In this document: one piece after another, positions 18,025 to 27,454 of the stretch
How the letters are laid out: every line of letters begins with the position of its first letter
Position numbering within the stretch: the first letter of the stretch is position 1
NCBI GenBank assembly: GCA_027314025.1
Contig: DAHVCP010000044.1
Location: 1,684 to 65,683, forward strand
Direction of reading: 5' to 3'
Source of the DNA: Acidobacteriota bacterium
GTDB lineage: Bacteria; Acidobacteriota; Terriglobia; Terriglobales; SCQP01
Length of the DNA: 64,000 nt
The notes under the pieces: generated by a model
Databases searched by the model: none
Seen by the model: only the letters and a program-made list of their open reading frames with translations
What the model was told of the DNA's origin: nothing
Position numbers and translations under genes: made by a program

Positions 18025-19833
18025 CTATGCCGGGCTCTTGACGCCCTCCGCCGGCTTGTGGCCCTGAAAGAACTCTTCGATTTCTTCCAGGCGCTTGCCC
18101 TTGGTCTCCGGCAGCCACAGCCAGGCCACTAGAAAATAGATCACGGTAAACCCGGCGAACATGAAAAACACCGTCGAGTAGCCGTACTCGCCGACCATGG
18201 GCAAAAAGACCGCCGCCAGCGTGGTGGACACGGCTTCGTTCAGCAGCAGCGCGATGCTCATGCCCTGGGAGCGGATCCGCGTCGGCATCATCTCCGACAG
18301 CACCACCCACACCACGCAGCCCGGGCCAATGGCGAAACAAGCCATAAAGAAAAACAGGCTGAGGGCCGCGATCCAGCCGTTGCTCTCCGGCGGCAGCGGC
18401 GTCAGCGTGGCTTGCCGGATCACCAGCGGCGCTTGCCGCGCCTGCCCCAGGTTGCTGAAGGGATCGCTGAAAAACGCCACCACGCCGTTGGCCGGCAGGG
18501 AATCCTGGCGCGTGATCACCACCGGCTTGGACGCCGAATCGCTGCGCAGCACCGGCGTGGCGAACTGGAATCCGCCATAGGCGTAGATCACCGACAAGGA
18601 CGCTGGCCGCCCGGCGAACCGCCGCGCCTGCGCCAGGGTCATCCCCGCCAGCAGCTGCTTCTCCAGCGCCGGCGTGAACTGCAACTGGAGCCCTTGCCGC
18701 GGCGTCACCATTTGCCGCACCGCCGCAACCACGCTCACCGTCTGGCGCTCATTGCGCAGGAACAAAATGCCCGTCCACGCCAGCGACAGCACCACGCCGG
18801 CGGTCCCCAATGTCAGCAGGAACTTCCGCCCGCGCTTGTCCACCAGCATCATGCCCACGGCGGTGGTCAAAAAGTTCACCAGCGTAAAGAGGATGTAGCC
18901 CCAATGCGCCTGCACGTCGGACAACCCGCTTTGGATCAGGATGTTGGTGTTGTAACCGATGATCGAGTTGACGCCGGTCGCGGTGTTCAGCGAGAGCACC
19001 ACGCAGGTCAGCAGGAAGGGAATCACGTACTTGCGCTGCAACAGGCTGTCGCCGCGCTGGCCGCGCCGGGCGCCATCGGCCGCCGCGGCGGCTTCGATCT
19101 CCGCCATCTCGATTTGCGCCGCTTCCGGCGTGCGCGAACGCCGCAGCGCCGCTTCCGCCGACTCGCGCCGGCCCTTCTTGTAAAGCCAGCGAGGCGATTC
19201 GCTGATGCCGAAGCCCCCCAACAGGTACAGTACGCCCGGCGGCAGGCTGACCCAGAAAATGCTCCGCCACGCCTGGTCCTTGAAGGCGAACAGGAGCTTC
19301 GGGTCGCCCAGTTTCGCTACGTCCGCCACGCGCAGGCTGAAATACATGCCCGCCCCGGCCGCAGCCACGATGCCCAGCGTCAGCAGCCATTGGAATGTCG
19401 CCGTGCCTCGCCCCCGGGTCGCCGCCGGCAGGCACTCGGCCAAATACAGCGGCACCACCACCCCAATCAGGCCGGCGCTGACACCCTGGCACAACCGGCC
19501 CAGCACCAGCGGGCCATAGCCATGGGCCAGGGCGATCATCGGGACGCTGATGACGAAGATCGCGCCGCTGGCGATCATCAGCCCCCGCCGACCCATCCAA
19601 TCCGCCAGCCAGCCGGCGAACAGTGTGGAGATGGTGCCGCCCAGCAGCACCGCTGCCACCACCACCGACAACTGTTCCGCGTTTAGGCCCGAGGTCGCCT
19701 GCAAGTAGGGCAGGGCGCTGGCGATGATGCCCACATCCACGCCATACAGCAGGCCCCCCAGCCCAGCCACCAGCAGCAAGAAGCGGTTGTACCGCCGCAA
19801 ACGCGCGTCGCTCATTCGCACCCAAGATACCAT
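18025..19833 (-). CDS. Sugar porter family MFS transporter
   Basis: GGLLYGVDVG, DWMGRR, PLYLAE, ESPRWL, DKRGRK, SEMMP, PETKGKRLEEI. Confidence 0.92.
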   Translation of the reverse strand: MVSWVRMSDARLRRYNRFLLLVAGLGGLLYGVDVGIIASALPYLQATSGLNAEQLSVVVAAVLLGGTISTLFAGWLADWMGRRGLMIASGAIFVISVPMIALAHGYGPLVLGRLCQGVSAGLIGVVVPLYLAECLPAATRGRGTATFQWLLTLGIVAAAGAGMYFSLRVADVAKLGDPKLLFAFKDQAWRSIFWVSLPPGVLYLLGGFGISESPRWLYKKGRRESAEAALRRSRTPEAAQIEMAEIEAAAAADGARRGQRGDSLLQRKYVIPFLLTCVVLSLNTATGVNSIIGYNTNILIQSGLSDVQAHWGYILFTLVNFLTTAVGMMLVDKRGRKFLLTLGTAGVVLSLAWTGILFLRNERQTVSVVAAVRQMVTPRQGLQLQFTPALEKQLLAGMTLAQARRFAGRPASLSVIYAYGGFQFATPVLRSDSASKPVVITRQDSLPANGVVAFFSDPFSNLGQARQAPLVIRQATLTPLPPESNGWIAALSLFFFMACFAIGPGCVVWVVLSEMMPTRIRSQGMSIALLLNEAVSTTLAAVFLPMVGEYGYSTVFFMFAGFTVIYFLVAWLWLPETKGKRLEEIEEFFQGHKPAEGVKSPA

Positions 19834-19844
19834 CCCCGGCGCCG

Positions 19845-20052
19845 GCAGGCTAAAGCCTGCCGCACACAGGCTGAAGCCTATTCCACAAAACCCCAGACGC
19901 CGGCGCCGGCGCCCGCACGCTTTGGCGCCGCCTGGCGCGTGGCGGCGCCGGCGGCCGTCCGGTGGATTCTGCCCGGCGGAACCGGCGCGGTGGAACCGGC
20001 CGTGGTGGAACCGGCTTTAGCCGGTGTGCCGCGGGCTTCAGCCCGCGGCCGC
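19845..20052. repeat. REPIN-like unit (inverted pair of REP A), left of the RAYT gene
   Basis: GGCAGGCTAAAGCCTGCC..CAGGCTGAAGCCTATTCCAC ... GTGGAACCGGCTTTAGCCGG..GCGGGCTTCAGCCCGC. Confidence 0.8.
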
Positions 20053-20106
20053 CCCACCCGCCTGGGGCCTACCGTTCGTCCGAGACACCACCTACAATGC
20101 GTTGCC

Positions 20107-20685
20107 ATGTTTTACCACCGGAACCTTCCGCATTGGCAGCCCCGCGGCCGGCCCCTGTTCCTCACCTTCCGCTTGTTCGGCCTGGCCCCATATCGCCCCG
20201 GCCGCGGCACTCCTGGCTACGAGTTCGCACGGCGCGATCGCTGGGAGGGCCGCGCCGCCTCCGGCCCGCGATGGCTGGCTGACCCCAGGGTGGCCGCCAC
20301 GGTCCGCGGCGTCTTCCATGCCGCCGAAGGCGAGGGCCTGTGCCAATTGCACGCTTGGGTAATCATGCCGAATCACATCCACCTGCTGATGACGCCGCAC
20401 CAGTCCCCAAGCCGCTTGATGCAGCGCATCAAGGGCCAGTCGGCCCGGCGCGCCAACCTGGTGCTCGGCCGCACCGGGCAGCCGGTATGGCAGGCGGAGT
20501 CTTACGACCATTGGGTGCGCTGCCCAGCGGAAGCGGTTCGGATCCGCCGGTATATCGAGCGCAACCCGGTGGCGGCGGGCCTGGCAGCCCGGCCGGAGGA
20601 CTGGCCGTGGAGCAGCGCGTTCCAGGGCAAGCCCGCCCCAACACAGGCTGAAGCCTGTTCCACGAACGGCGGCTGGTCCCGGTGA
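20107..20685 (+). mobile_element. REP-associated tyrosine transposase (RAYT, Y1/HUH family)
   Basis: RNLPHWQ..LFLTFRL, HUH motif VIMPNHIHLL, WQAESYDHWVR, YIERNPVAAGL, WPWSS; flanked by REPs. Confidence 0.9.
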
Positions 20686-20724
20686 GACCGGACCCGCGCG
20701 GAGCCGGTCGGCGGCGCGGGCGCA

Positions 20725-21046
20725 GGCAGGCTAAAGCCTGCCACACACAGGCTGAAGCCTGTTCCACAAAACGCCGACGCCAGCGCCCGCACGCCTTGGC
20801 GCCGCCTGGCGCGTGGCGCACGGGACTGACGGGTTTCGCCGGGGCGCACGGCGCGTGGAAGCGGCCGTGGTGGAACCGGCCGTGGTGGAACCGGCGCGGT
20901 GGAACCGGCGCGGTGGGGCGCGGTGGAACCGGCGCGGTGGAACCGGCTTTAGCCGGTGTGCCGCGGGCTTCAGCCCGCGGCCGCTGATCGTCCCCGAGAA
21001 GGGCAGGCTAAAGCCCGCCCGAACACAGGCTGAAGCCTGTTCCACA
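20725..21046. repeat. REPIN-like unit plus an extra REP A, right of the RAYT gene
   Basis: 20725-20984 is a direct repeat of 19845-20052 with an expanded GTGGAACCGGCGCG tandem; a further REP lies at 21001-21046. Confidence 0.8.
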
Positions 21047-21104
21047 AAACGCCGGCGGTTCCACGCAGGGCTGCGGCCAAGACGGGCGCCGGCGGGCGGG
21101 CGCC

Positions 21105-21144
21105 AAAAAAGCCGCGGCGCCCAGCCATAAGCGGGGCGCCGCGG
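21105..21144 (-). terminator. Rho-independent terminator of the pilin gene
   Basis: Minus strand CCGCGGCGCCC...GGGCGCCGCGG followed by CTTTTTT. Confidence 0.8.
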
Positions 21145-21171
21145 GATGAAGGAGCAGATTGCAGCCAGCGA

Positions 21172-21675
21172 CTAGGTCGCGTTCGTGCCGATCGGCGGGT
21201 CGCTGACCGTAGCCGCCGCGCCGTCGTTCCAGCGGATCACGTCGCTGTCGTCGGTAAAGAAGTAGCGGTTGCCGGAGGCCGTGCTGCTGGGGCTGATCGT
21301 CATGGTGAAGCTGTCGTTGAGCCCGCCGGTGCCCGCAACCGGGGCGTAGGTAAACGTGTAACCCTGGAAGGGCGTCGTCGAGGCGTCAGCCAGGGTGTTA
21401 TCCACCAGCTCGGCCCCGGTTGCGGTCGGCGCCGTACCAGCGGCGCCGCCGAGATCGGTGAGCGCAGCCGGGTATTGGTTGTACTGCGACTGATACGCCG
21501 TTAGGGCCTGTAACAGCGATTTGGTGTTGGCCACGGCGGCCGTGGCGTTGGCGGTTTGCTTCACGGTCAAGAGCTTGGGGATCGCGATGGCGGCGAGGAT
21601 TAGGATGATCGTCACCACGATCAGCAGCTCAATCAGCGAGAAGCCTTGAGTGCGGTGTTTGCGGTTCAACTTCAT
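21172..21675 (-). CDS. Type IV pilin (prepilin N-terminal cleavage/methylation motif)
   Basis: QG^FSLIELLIVVTIILILAAIAIP; RBS AAGGAG upstream of ATG at 21675. Confidence 0.92.
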   Translation of the reverse strand: MKLNRKHRTQGFSLIELLIVVTIILILAAIAIPKLLTVKQTANATAAVANTKSLLQALTAYQSQYNQYPAALTDLGGAAGTAPTATGAELVDNTLADASTTPFQGYTFTYAPVAGTGGLNDSFTMTISPSSTASGNRYFFTDDSDVIRWNDGAAATVSDPPIGTNAT

Positions 21676-21761
21676 TGCCAGAATCTCCTTGAAAGACTGT
21701 CCAGTTCCCCGCGCCGGCCCCAGTTCCAATCCCGCTGCCGCCGGGTGACGCCTTTCCTACG

Positions 21762-21777
21762 TGCAACCCAGCCGCCA
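21762..21777 (-). promoter_or_regulatory. Putative sigma-54 (-24/-12) promoter of the pilin gene
   Basis: TGGCGGCTGGGTTGCA fits TGGC-N7-TTGC with GG-N10-GC spacing. Confidence 0.55.
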
Positions 21778-22016
21778 AACCGGTCGCGCCGGGGGCCGGG
21801 ACAGGGCAAACTTTGCCCACTAGCCGCTTTTCTGTAAGTTAGCAGATCCCCGCCGCCCCGGCGCCTGTCCTTGCGGCCAGGCGCAATCGTCATGCGCCAC
21901 CCCCGAGCGGCCCCATCCCGCCCGTTCGGGTGACCATTGGCGTCTAGGGCTCGCCACGTTCGGACAGGGCTATGGGCATGGCGCTGCGGGAGGATGGGGC
22001 TTGGCGCGTGGCGGGC

Positions 22017-22164
22017 GCCGCGGGCTCAAGCCCGCCGCCACACCGGCTAAAGCCGGTTCCACGAAACGATTCCGGGAGACCGGCGCCAACGCGTGCGGGC
22101 GCCGGCAGCCGGCGCCTGGTGGAACAGGCTTCAGCCTGTGTGGGGGCAGGCTTTAGCCTGCCCC
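22017..22164. repeat. Inverted pair of REP A copies
   Basis: GCGGGCTCAAGCCCGC..CCGGCTAAAGCCGGTTCCAC ... GTGGAACAGGCTTCAGCCTGT..GGCAGGCTTTAGCCTGCC. Confidence 0.8.
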
Positions 22165-22215
22165 AGCTTGCACGCAGCACCACGGTGCCTCCGCCGCCCT
22201 GTTATTCTGGCTCCA

Positions 22216-23433
22216 ATGCCGCCACCGCAAAAGCCGGAAAACGCTTCCGCGGCATCCGAGCCTCCCGCCGGCGACCGGCTGGACGCCCGTTCCCGCCACG
22301 ACCTGCTGCGCCTGATTGAGCAGAATTATCTCGCCGAGCAGGAGGACGCCGCCCTCTACCGCCAAATGGCGGGGCAGGAAACCGACCCCCACCGCCGCGA
22401 GCTGCTGGAGCGTCTGGCCGCGAGTGAGGAACGCCATGCCGCCCGCTGGGCGGAAAAGCTGCGCCAGTTCGCCGGGCCCGGGGCCCAGCCGCCGCAAATG
22501 GGCGCGGCCAGCCGCTGGCGCCTGCGCCTGCTCGGCTGGATGGGCAACACCGCCGCTATTCGCCGCCGCGAAACCGGGGAAGTCTCCACCGCCGAACGCT
22601 ACCGCCAGATGGAGCAGCGCTTCGGGCCCGAGGCCGGCGATATCCTGGGCGAAATCGAGGCCGAGGAGCGCTCCCATGCCCGCAAGCTCCGCACCCTAGC
22701 CCAAACCGAGGGGCCGGCCCATGCCCTGTCGTTCGCCATGGGCCGTGAGCATTGGCACCGCCATGAGCACACCTGGCTCAGCGACGCCATTTATGGGGCC
22801 AACGACGGCCTGGGCGCGGTCTTCGGCATCGTCGCCGGCGTCGCCGGCTATACCCAAACCAGCCGCTATGTGCTCGTCAGCGGCATCGCCGGCATGATCG
22901 CCAGCGCCCTGTCCATGGGCGCCGGCGCCTATTTGGCCGCCAAGAGCGACCGCGAGCTCTACGACGCCGAAATCCATCGCGAAGCCCGCGAGATCGCCGA
23001 ATCGCCGGCCGAGGAACGCGAGGAACTCCAGCTTTTTTATCAGCTCAAGGGATTTAGCGAAGCCGAAGCCACCACCTTGGTCGCGCGCTTGGAGCAGGAT
23101 CCCAAACAGTTCCTGCAAAGCATGGCCTCCGAGGAGCTTGGCTTGGCTACGCCGCCGACGCGCCGTCCCGGCCCCGCCGCCTGGTCGGCGGGCCTGTCCA
23201 CCGCCATGGGCGCCGTCATCCCGGTCATTCCCTTTTTCTTTCTCGGGGGACTGACCGCGGTCGTAGTGGCCTTTATCATCAGCCTGGCGGCGCATTTCGG
23301 CGTCGGCGCCGCCAAAACCCTGTTCACCAACCGCCCCTGGTTCTGGGCCGGCGCGGAAATGACCCTGATCGGCGTGTTGGAAGCCGTGGTCACATTCGGC
23401 GTCGGCCATTTAGCCGCGCTTTATCTGCATTAG
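22216..23433 (+). CDS. Ferritin/rubrerythrin-like N-domain fused to a VIT1/CCC1 iron transporter
   Basis: ExxH motifs (SEERHA, EERSHA); DAIYGANDGL, SMGAGAYLA. Confidence 0.88.
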   Translation: MPPPQKPENASAASEPPAGDRLDARSRHDLLRLIEQNYLAEQEDAALYRQMAGQETDPHRRELLERLAASEERHAARWAEKLRQFAGPGAQPPQMGAASRWRLRLLGWMGNTAAIRRRETGEVSTAERYRQMEQRFGPEAGDILGEIEAEERSHARKLRTLAQTEGPAHALSFAMGREHWHRHEHTWLSDAIYGANDGLGAVFGIVAGVAGYTQTSRYVLVSGIAGMIASALSMGAGAYLAAKSDRELYDAEIHREAREIAESPAEEREELQLFYQLKGFSEAEATTLVARLEQDPKQFLQSMASEELGLATPPTRRPGPAAWSAGLSTAMGAVIPVIPFFFLGGLTAVVVAFIISLAAHFGVGAAKTLFTNRPWFWAGAEMTLIGVLEAVVTFGVGHLAALYLH

Positions 23434-23484
23434 GAAGCGGTCACCGCCAGCTGTGGCAGTTTGGGTGCAGAATAGAGCCGAGTT

Positions 23485-25245
23485 ATGCGCCGCCATGCCT
23501 GCGCCTGCCTGGCGCTCAGCCTATTGATGGGCGCGGGCCCCAGCGCGGCTGCGCCGGGCTGGCTTGCCGCGGCTGCGCCGCGCGTCCCACGCGGCGCGCC
23601 GTCGCCGGCCCCGGTCCAGTTCCGAGTCACCTCGCGGCTCGTCGCGGTCCCGGTCACGGTCCTCAACCGCCATGGGCAGTTCGTACCCGACCTGCGGCGG
23701 CGGGATTTCCAACTGCGCGTGGACGGCCACCGGATGCCCATCGTGGCCATGGACGGGCCCGGACGCGGCCCCTCGGCCATGGTGGCGCTACGGAACCACT
23801 GGCCGTCGTATCTGCCGCGCCATGGCATCAACAATCGCCCCCGCTCCACGATACGCAACCACGTGGTCCTCTTGTTCGATGCCCTCGGCATCCCCCTCAC
23901 CGTCCTGCCGCGCTTGCGGCGCCAATTGACGCAATCGCTGGCCAAGTTGCCCGCGGGCGTGGACGTCGGCATCTTTCGCCTCGGCACTGGCGTGCAGATG
24001 GTGCAGCCATTCAGCACCAGCGGCGGCCGGGTCGCCGCGGTCTTGCAGCGCATGCTGTCCACGCCCCAGGCCTTGGCAACCACCGTAGGCGGCGTCTCCG
24101 AGGCCGTGGGTAACAGCGTCTCGATTCCAGGCGCGCAGGTTCTGCCGGCCCCGCAAGGTGGCGGCCCGCTGAACCAGGCGCTGGCCGCGGCGCTGCGGAG
24201 TTTTCAGCAGGCCCAGGCGAGGATGCTGGGGCCGGCGCAGCGGGCGGGATTTTACCAGCGGATCAACACCCTGCGCCTGCTGAGCCAGGTGCTGGCGGGC
24301 GTGCCCGGCCACAAGGAAGTCCTGTGGTTCTCCACCGACCCCAGCGACGCCGTGGGCGGCCCGCCCCGCCGCGTCAGTTATTTCCTTGCCGACGCCGAGG
24401 CGCTGTTCAATGCCGCCAACGCCTCCTTGTACATCATCAACCCCACCGGGCTCGCGACGTTTGGCCGGGGGGCCGGCCTCCCGGCCAGCGGCCCCCAAAC
24501 CAGCCCGTTGGACGCCGCCGCCCTCCGCGGCAGCCAGACGGCCTTGGCCGCCGCCGAAGAAGTGGCGGAAAGCACCGGCGGCAGCGCCATGGCGCAGCGC
24601 AACGACATCGGCCATCTGGCGCGTCAGGCGCTGGACCGCTTCGACGACCAGTACACGCTGTACTTTGACCCGCATTTTCCCTCTAAAACGCGTGCCCAAT
24701 ACCACCACATTCAAGTCCGCGTCCTGCGCCCCGGCCTCACGATTCGCTACCGCCACGGCTACCGCCAGCGCGCGAAAAACCTGAAGGGCGCCAACCTCCT
24801 CGCCGCCGACCTGAGCGTCCGCCAATGGGCCACCGCGCCGATGGATTTCCGCGGCCTGCCGCTGGCGTTGATTCCCGGCAAGCGCCGCGGCCCCATGCCG
24901 CCCTATTGGCGCGGCGGCGATCCCCATCGTCGCATCGAGGAGCTGCCGTTCACGCTGCTGATCCCCTTGGCTCGGCTGCTCCATCGCACGCCCCATGGCG
25001 ACTATGTGTATGACTTCAGCGTGGTGGTCATGACCACGTCGGCCAAAACCGGCAAAACCAGCCGCCTGCCGACCGATCATTTCCGCAGCCATCTCAGCCC
25101 GTTCCGGGAGATCGCGCTGCAGGATACGCCGCTGCATTACCGCGGCCGCTTCGTGCTGCCGGTGCATGGCCCCGCGCTGGCGCGGGTGGTGGTCCGGGAC
25201 AATGTCAGTGGCGCCCTCGGCTCCGTCACCTTGGTCATTCCCTAA
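23485..25245 (+). CDS. Acidobacterial VWA-domain secreted protein
   Basis: FRVTSRLVAVPVTV..D..G, GVPGHKEVLWFS, AESTGG, YTLYF, HHIQVRV.RPG..RYRHGY. Confidence 0.8.
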   Translation: MRRHACACLALSLLMGAGPSAAAPGWLAAAAPRVPRGAPSPAPVQFRVTSRLVAVPVTVLNRHGQFVPDLRRRDFQLRVDGHRMPIVAMDGPGRGPSAMVALRNHWPSYLPRHGINNRPRSTIRNHVVLLFDALGIPLTVLPRLRRQLTQSLAKLPAGVDVGIFRLGTGVQMVQPFSTSGGRVAAVLQRMLSTPQALATTVGGVSEAVGNSVSIPGAQVLPAPQGGGPLNQALAAALRSFQQAQARMLGPAQRAGFYQRINTLRLLSQVLAGVPGHKEVLWFSTDPSDAVGGPPRRVSYFLADAEALFNAANASLYIINPTGLATFGRGAGLPASGPQTSPLDAAALRGSQTALAAAEEVAESTGGSAMAQRNDIGHLARQALDRFDDQYTLYFDPHFPSKTRAQYHHIQVRVLRPGLTIRYRHGYRQRAKNLKGANLLAADLSVRQWATAPMDFRGLPLALIPGKRRGPMPPYWRGGDPHRRIEELPFTLLIPLARLLHRTPHGDYVYDFSVVVMTTSAKTGKTSRLPTDHFRSHLSPFREIALQDTPLHYRGRFVLPVHGPALARVVVRDNVSGALGSVTLVIP

Positions 25246-25434
25246 TTGCTGGTGGCGGGCCGCTCCCGGCGGGCCCCCGCGGCGGAAGGGGCTGCTGCCG
25301 GATTTGGCCGTCGCGCCGAGCGCAAGCAGGGAGCGCAAGCAGGGAGCGCCGCCATCCTGCCGGCGTGCTCAGCCCTGCCCGCGCAGCGACCGCTGGGCGC
25401 AGGCCCCAGCGCGGCTGCGCCGCGCCGACCGCGT

Positions 25435-26568
25435 CTAGCCCGCCAGTACGCCCGCCAGCACCGCGGCGCGCTCGACCAAGCTGCGCCGCGCCGCCCATTC
25501 CCCTGGCGAGTGCGCCCCGCCCCCCACCACTCCCATTCCGTCCAATGTGGGGATACCCAGCGCGGCGGTGAAATTCCCGTCCGAACCCCCTCCGGTGGCG
25601 CATTCCTCGAGCTCCAACCCCGCCGCCTGCGCCGCCGCCCGCGCCCGGGCAAACAGCGCCATACCCACCGGGCTGCGTTCCATGGGCGGCCGGTTGACCC
25701 CGCCTGTAACGGCCAGCCGTACGCCCGCATCCACCGCCCGCAGGCGCTGTAGGCGCGTCTCGACGGCGGCCAAATCCGCCGCCGTCCAGGCGCGCGCATC
25801 TACCTCCAGTTCCGCCTCGGCGGGCACCACGTTGCTGCGCGTTCCGCCGTGGATGACGCCGCAGTTGACGGTTATCCCTTGGGCCTCGTCGCTCCAGCTT
25901 GCCAACTCCACCGCCTGCCGCGCCAGTTCCACGATGGCGTTGGCCCCGGCGAAATAATCCACCCCGGCATGCGCCGCCCGCCCCTCGGCGCGCAGGGTGA
26001 AATTGGCGATGCCTTTGCGGGCGGTTTTCAGCTTGCCGGTCTCCCCCGCCGCCGGTTCCAGCACCAGCACCGCCCGCGCCTGCCGCGCCAGCCGTTCCGT
26101 CAAGGCCCGCGACCCGCCGCTGCCCGTTTCCTCGTCGCTGACCAGCAGCAGGGTCGCGGCGGGCAGCGCGCCGCCGGCCGCCGTCAGCGCGCGCAGCGCC
26201 AGCCAGGCCACGGCAATCCCCCCCTTCATGTCCATCACCCCCGGCCCATGAGCGCGATCCCCCTCCTCCCGCCAGGGCATCCGCGCCAGCGTGCCGAGCG
26301 GGTACACCGTATCCAAATGGCCGAGCAGCAACGTGCCGCCACCACCGGCGACTTCCGCCGGGGGCCGCAGAATCAGATGGTCGCCTTCGGCGCCGGCCAC
26401 GAACTCCGCCCGCCAGCCGAGCGGGCCATACGCTGCCGCCACCTCCCGCCCGCAGGCGTCAATCGCCGCCTTGTCGCCGCTGGGCGATTCCCGTTCGACC
26501 CATCGCCGCCACCACGCCATCGCCTCGGATTCCCGTGCCGCCACCGCCGCCCGCCATTCGCCGTTCAT
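25435..26568 (-). CDS. M20 family metallopeptidase (carboxypeptidase G2-like)
   Basis: LLGHLDTV, GPGVMDMKGG, SDEETGS, GGGSDGNF, GAHSPGE. Confidence 0.9.
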   Translation of the reverse strand: MNGEWRAAVAARESEAMAWWRRWVERESPSGDKAAIDACGREVAAAYGPLGWRAEFVAGAEGDHLILRPPAEVAGGGGTLLLGHLDTVYPLGTLARMPWREEGDRAHGPGVMDMKGGIAVAWLALRALTAAGGALPAATLLLVSDEETGSGGSRALTERLARQARAVLVLEPAAGETGKLKTARKGIANFTLRAEGRAAHAGVDYFAGANAIVELARQAVELASWSDEAQGITVNCGVIHGGTRSNVVPAEAELEVDARAWTAADLAAVETRLQRLRAVDAGVRLAVTGGVNRPPMERSPVGMALFARARAAAQAAGLELEECATGGGSDGNFTAALGIPTLDGMGVVGGGAHSPGEWAARRSLVERAAVLAGVLAG

Positions 26569-26633
26569 TCGTCCTCCGCGTCTGCCATCCCGGCCCCGCA
26601 GCCGCGCGGGCCAATCTCATATAATTTATCTTC

Positions 26634-27140
26634 GTGACTGATCCCGCTTCGCATTCCGCGCCGTCCGCCGCGCCGTTCGCCGCGCCGCTCGACATTCTCG
26701 CCATTCAGCGGCTGCTGCCGCACCGCTATCCGTTTCTGTTGCTGGACCGTATTACCGCCGTCGAGCCCCGCCGCCATATCACCGCCATCAAGAACGTCAG
26801 CGTCAATGAGCCATTCTTTCAAGGCCATTTCCCGGGCCAGCCGATCATGCCCGGCGTGATGGTCCTGGAGGCGATGGCCCAAGCCGGCGCCCTGCTGATC
26901 ATGTTGGAGGCGGCGGCGCCGGAATCCAAGCTGATCTTTTTCACCGGCGTGGATCAGGGCCGCTTCCGCCGCCCGGTGGTTCCCGGCGATCAGCTGCGCA
27001 TCGAGGTGGAAGTCCTCGCCTGGCGCAGTTCGCACGGCAAGATGCAGGGCCAAGCCTTCGTTGGCGACCGCCTCGCCGCCGAAGCCGTCCTCAGTTGCCA
27101 CGTCGCCGAACGTGCCTCTGCCGCTCCCGCCGGGTCCTAG
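26634..27140 (+). CDS. fabZ: 3-hydroxyacyl-ACP dehydratase
   Basis: [37 protein letters not shown]. Confidence 0.95.
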   Translation: MTDPASHSAPSAAPFAAPLDILAIQRLLPHRYPFLLLDRITAVEPRRHITAIKNVSVNEPFFQGHFPGQPIMPGVMVLEAMAQAGALLIMLEAAAPESKLIFFTGVDQGRFRRPVVPGDQLRIEVEVLAWRSSHGKMQGQAFVGDRLAAEAVLSCHVAERASAAPAGS

Positions 27141-27146
27141 CGCGCT

Positions 27147-27323
27147 TGCCTGGCGCGGGTCCCAGCTCGATTTCGCCGCGCTCGCCTGGGAAGCGAGAGC
27201 GCCCGCGGGCTAAAGGCCGCCGCACACGGGCTGAAGCCCGTTCCACGCTTCTTTCGCGGCCACATGCCAGCTCCGCCCGCGCGGGGGAGCGCCTGGCGCG
27301 GGCCCCAGCGCGGCTGCGCCGCG
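27147..27323. repeat. Intergenic cluster: two family B 5' modules flanking one REP A
   Basis: TTGCCTGGCGCGGGTCCCAG (27147), REP A (27201-27246), GCCTGGCGCGGGCCCCAGCGCGGCTGCGCCGCG (27291). Confidence 0.65.
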
Positions 27324-27454
27324 CTTCAGGCTTGATGCGCGGGCGGGCATGCCCCCGCCCGATGACCCGGCGTACGCTAGCCTCGGCGCGCGGTCCTTTC
27401 GCCGCCGCAGTTTACAATCCTCTTAAGCCGCGCCAGCCGCGCGGCACGCCGCGA

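Noticed and set aside
20855-20957. Possible mini-CRISPR or iteron array
   Set aside because: Units are 14-15 bp with no spacers and derive from the REP 5' end.
21690-21830. c-di-GMP-I riboswitch upstream of the pilin (GGGCAAA motif)
   Set aside because: The GAAA tetraloop/GACGCAAAGC core is absent; the motif is better explained as a DNA palindrome.
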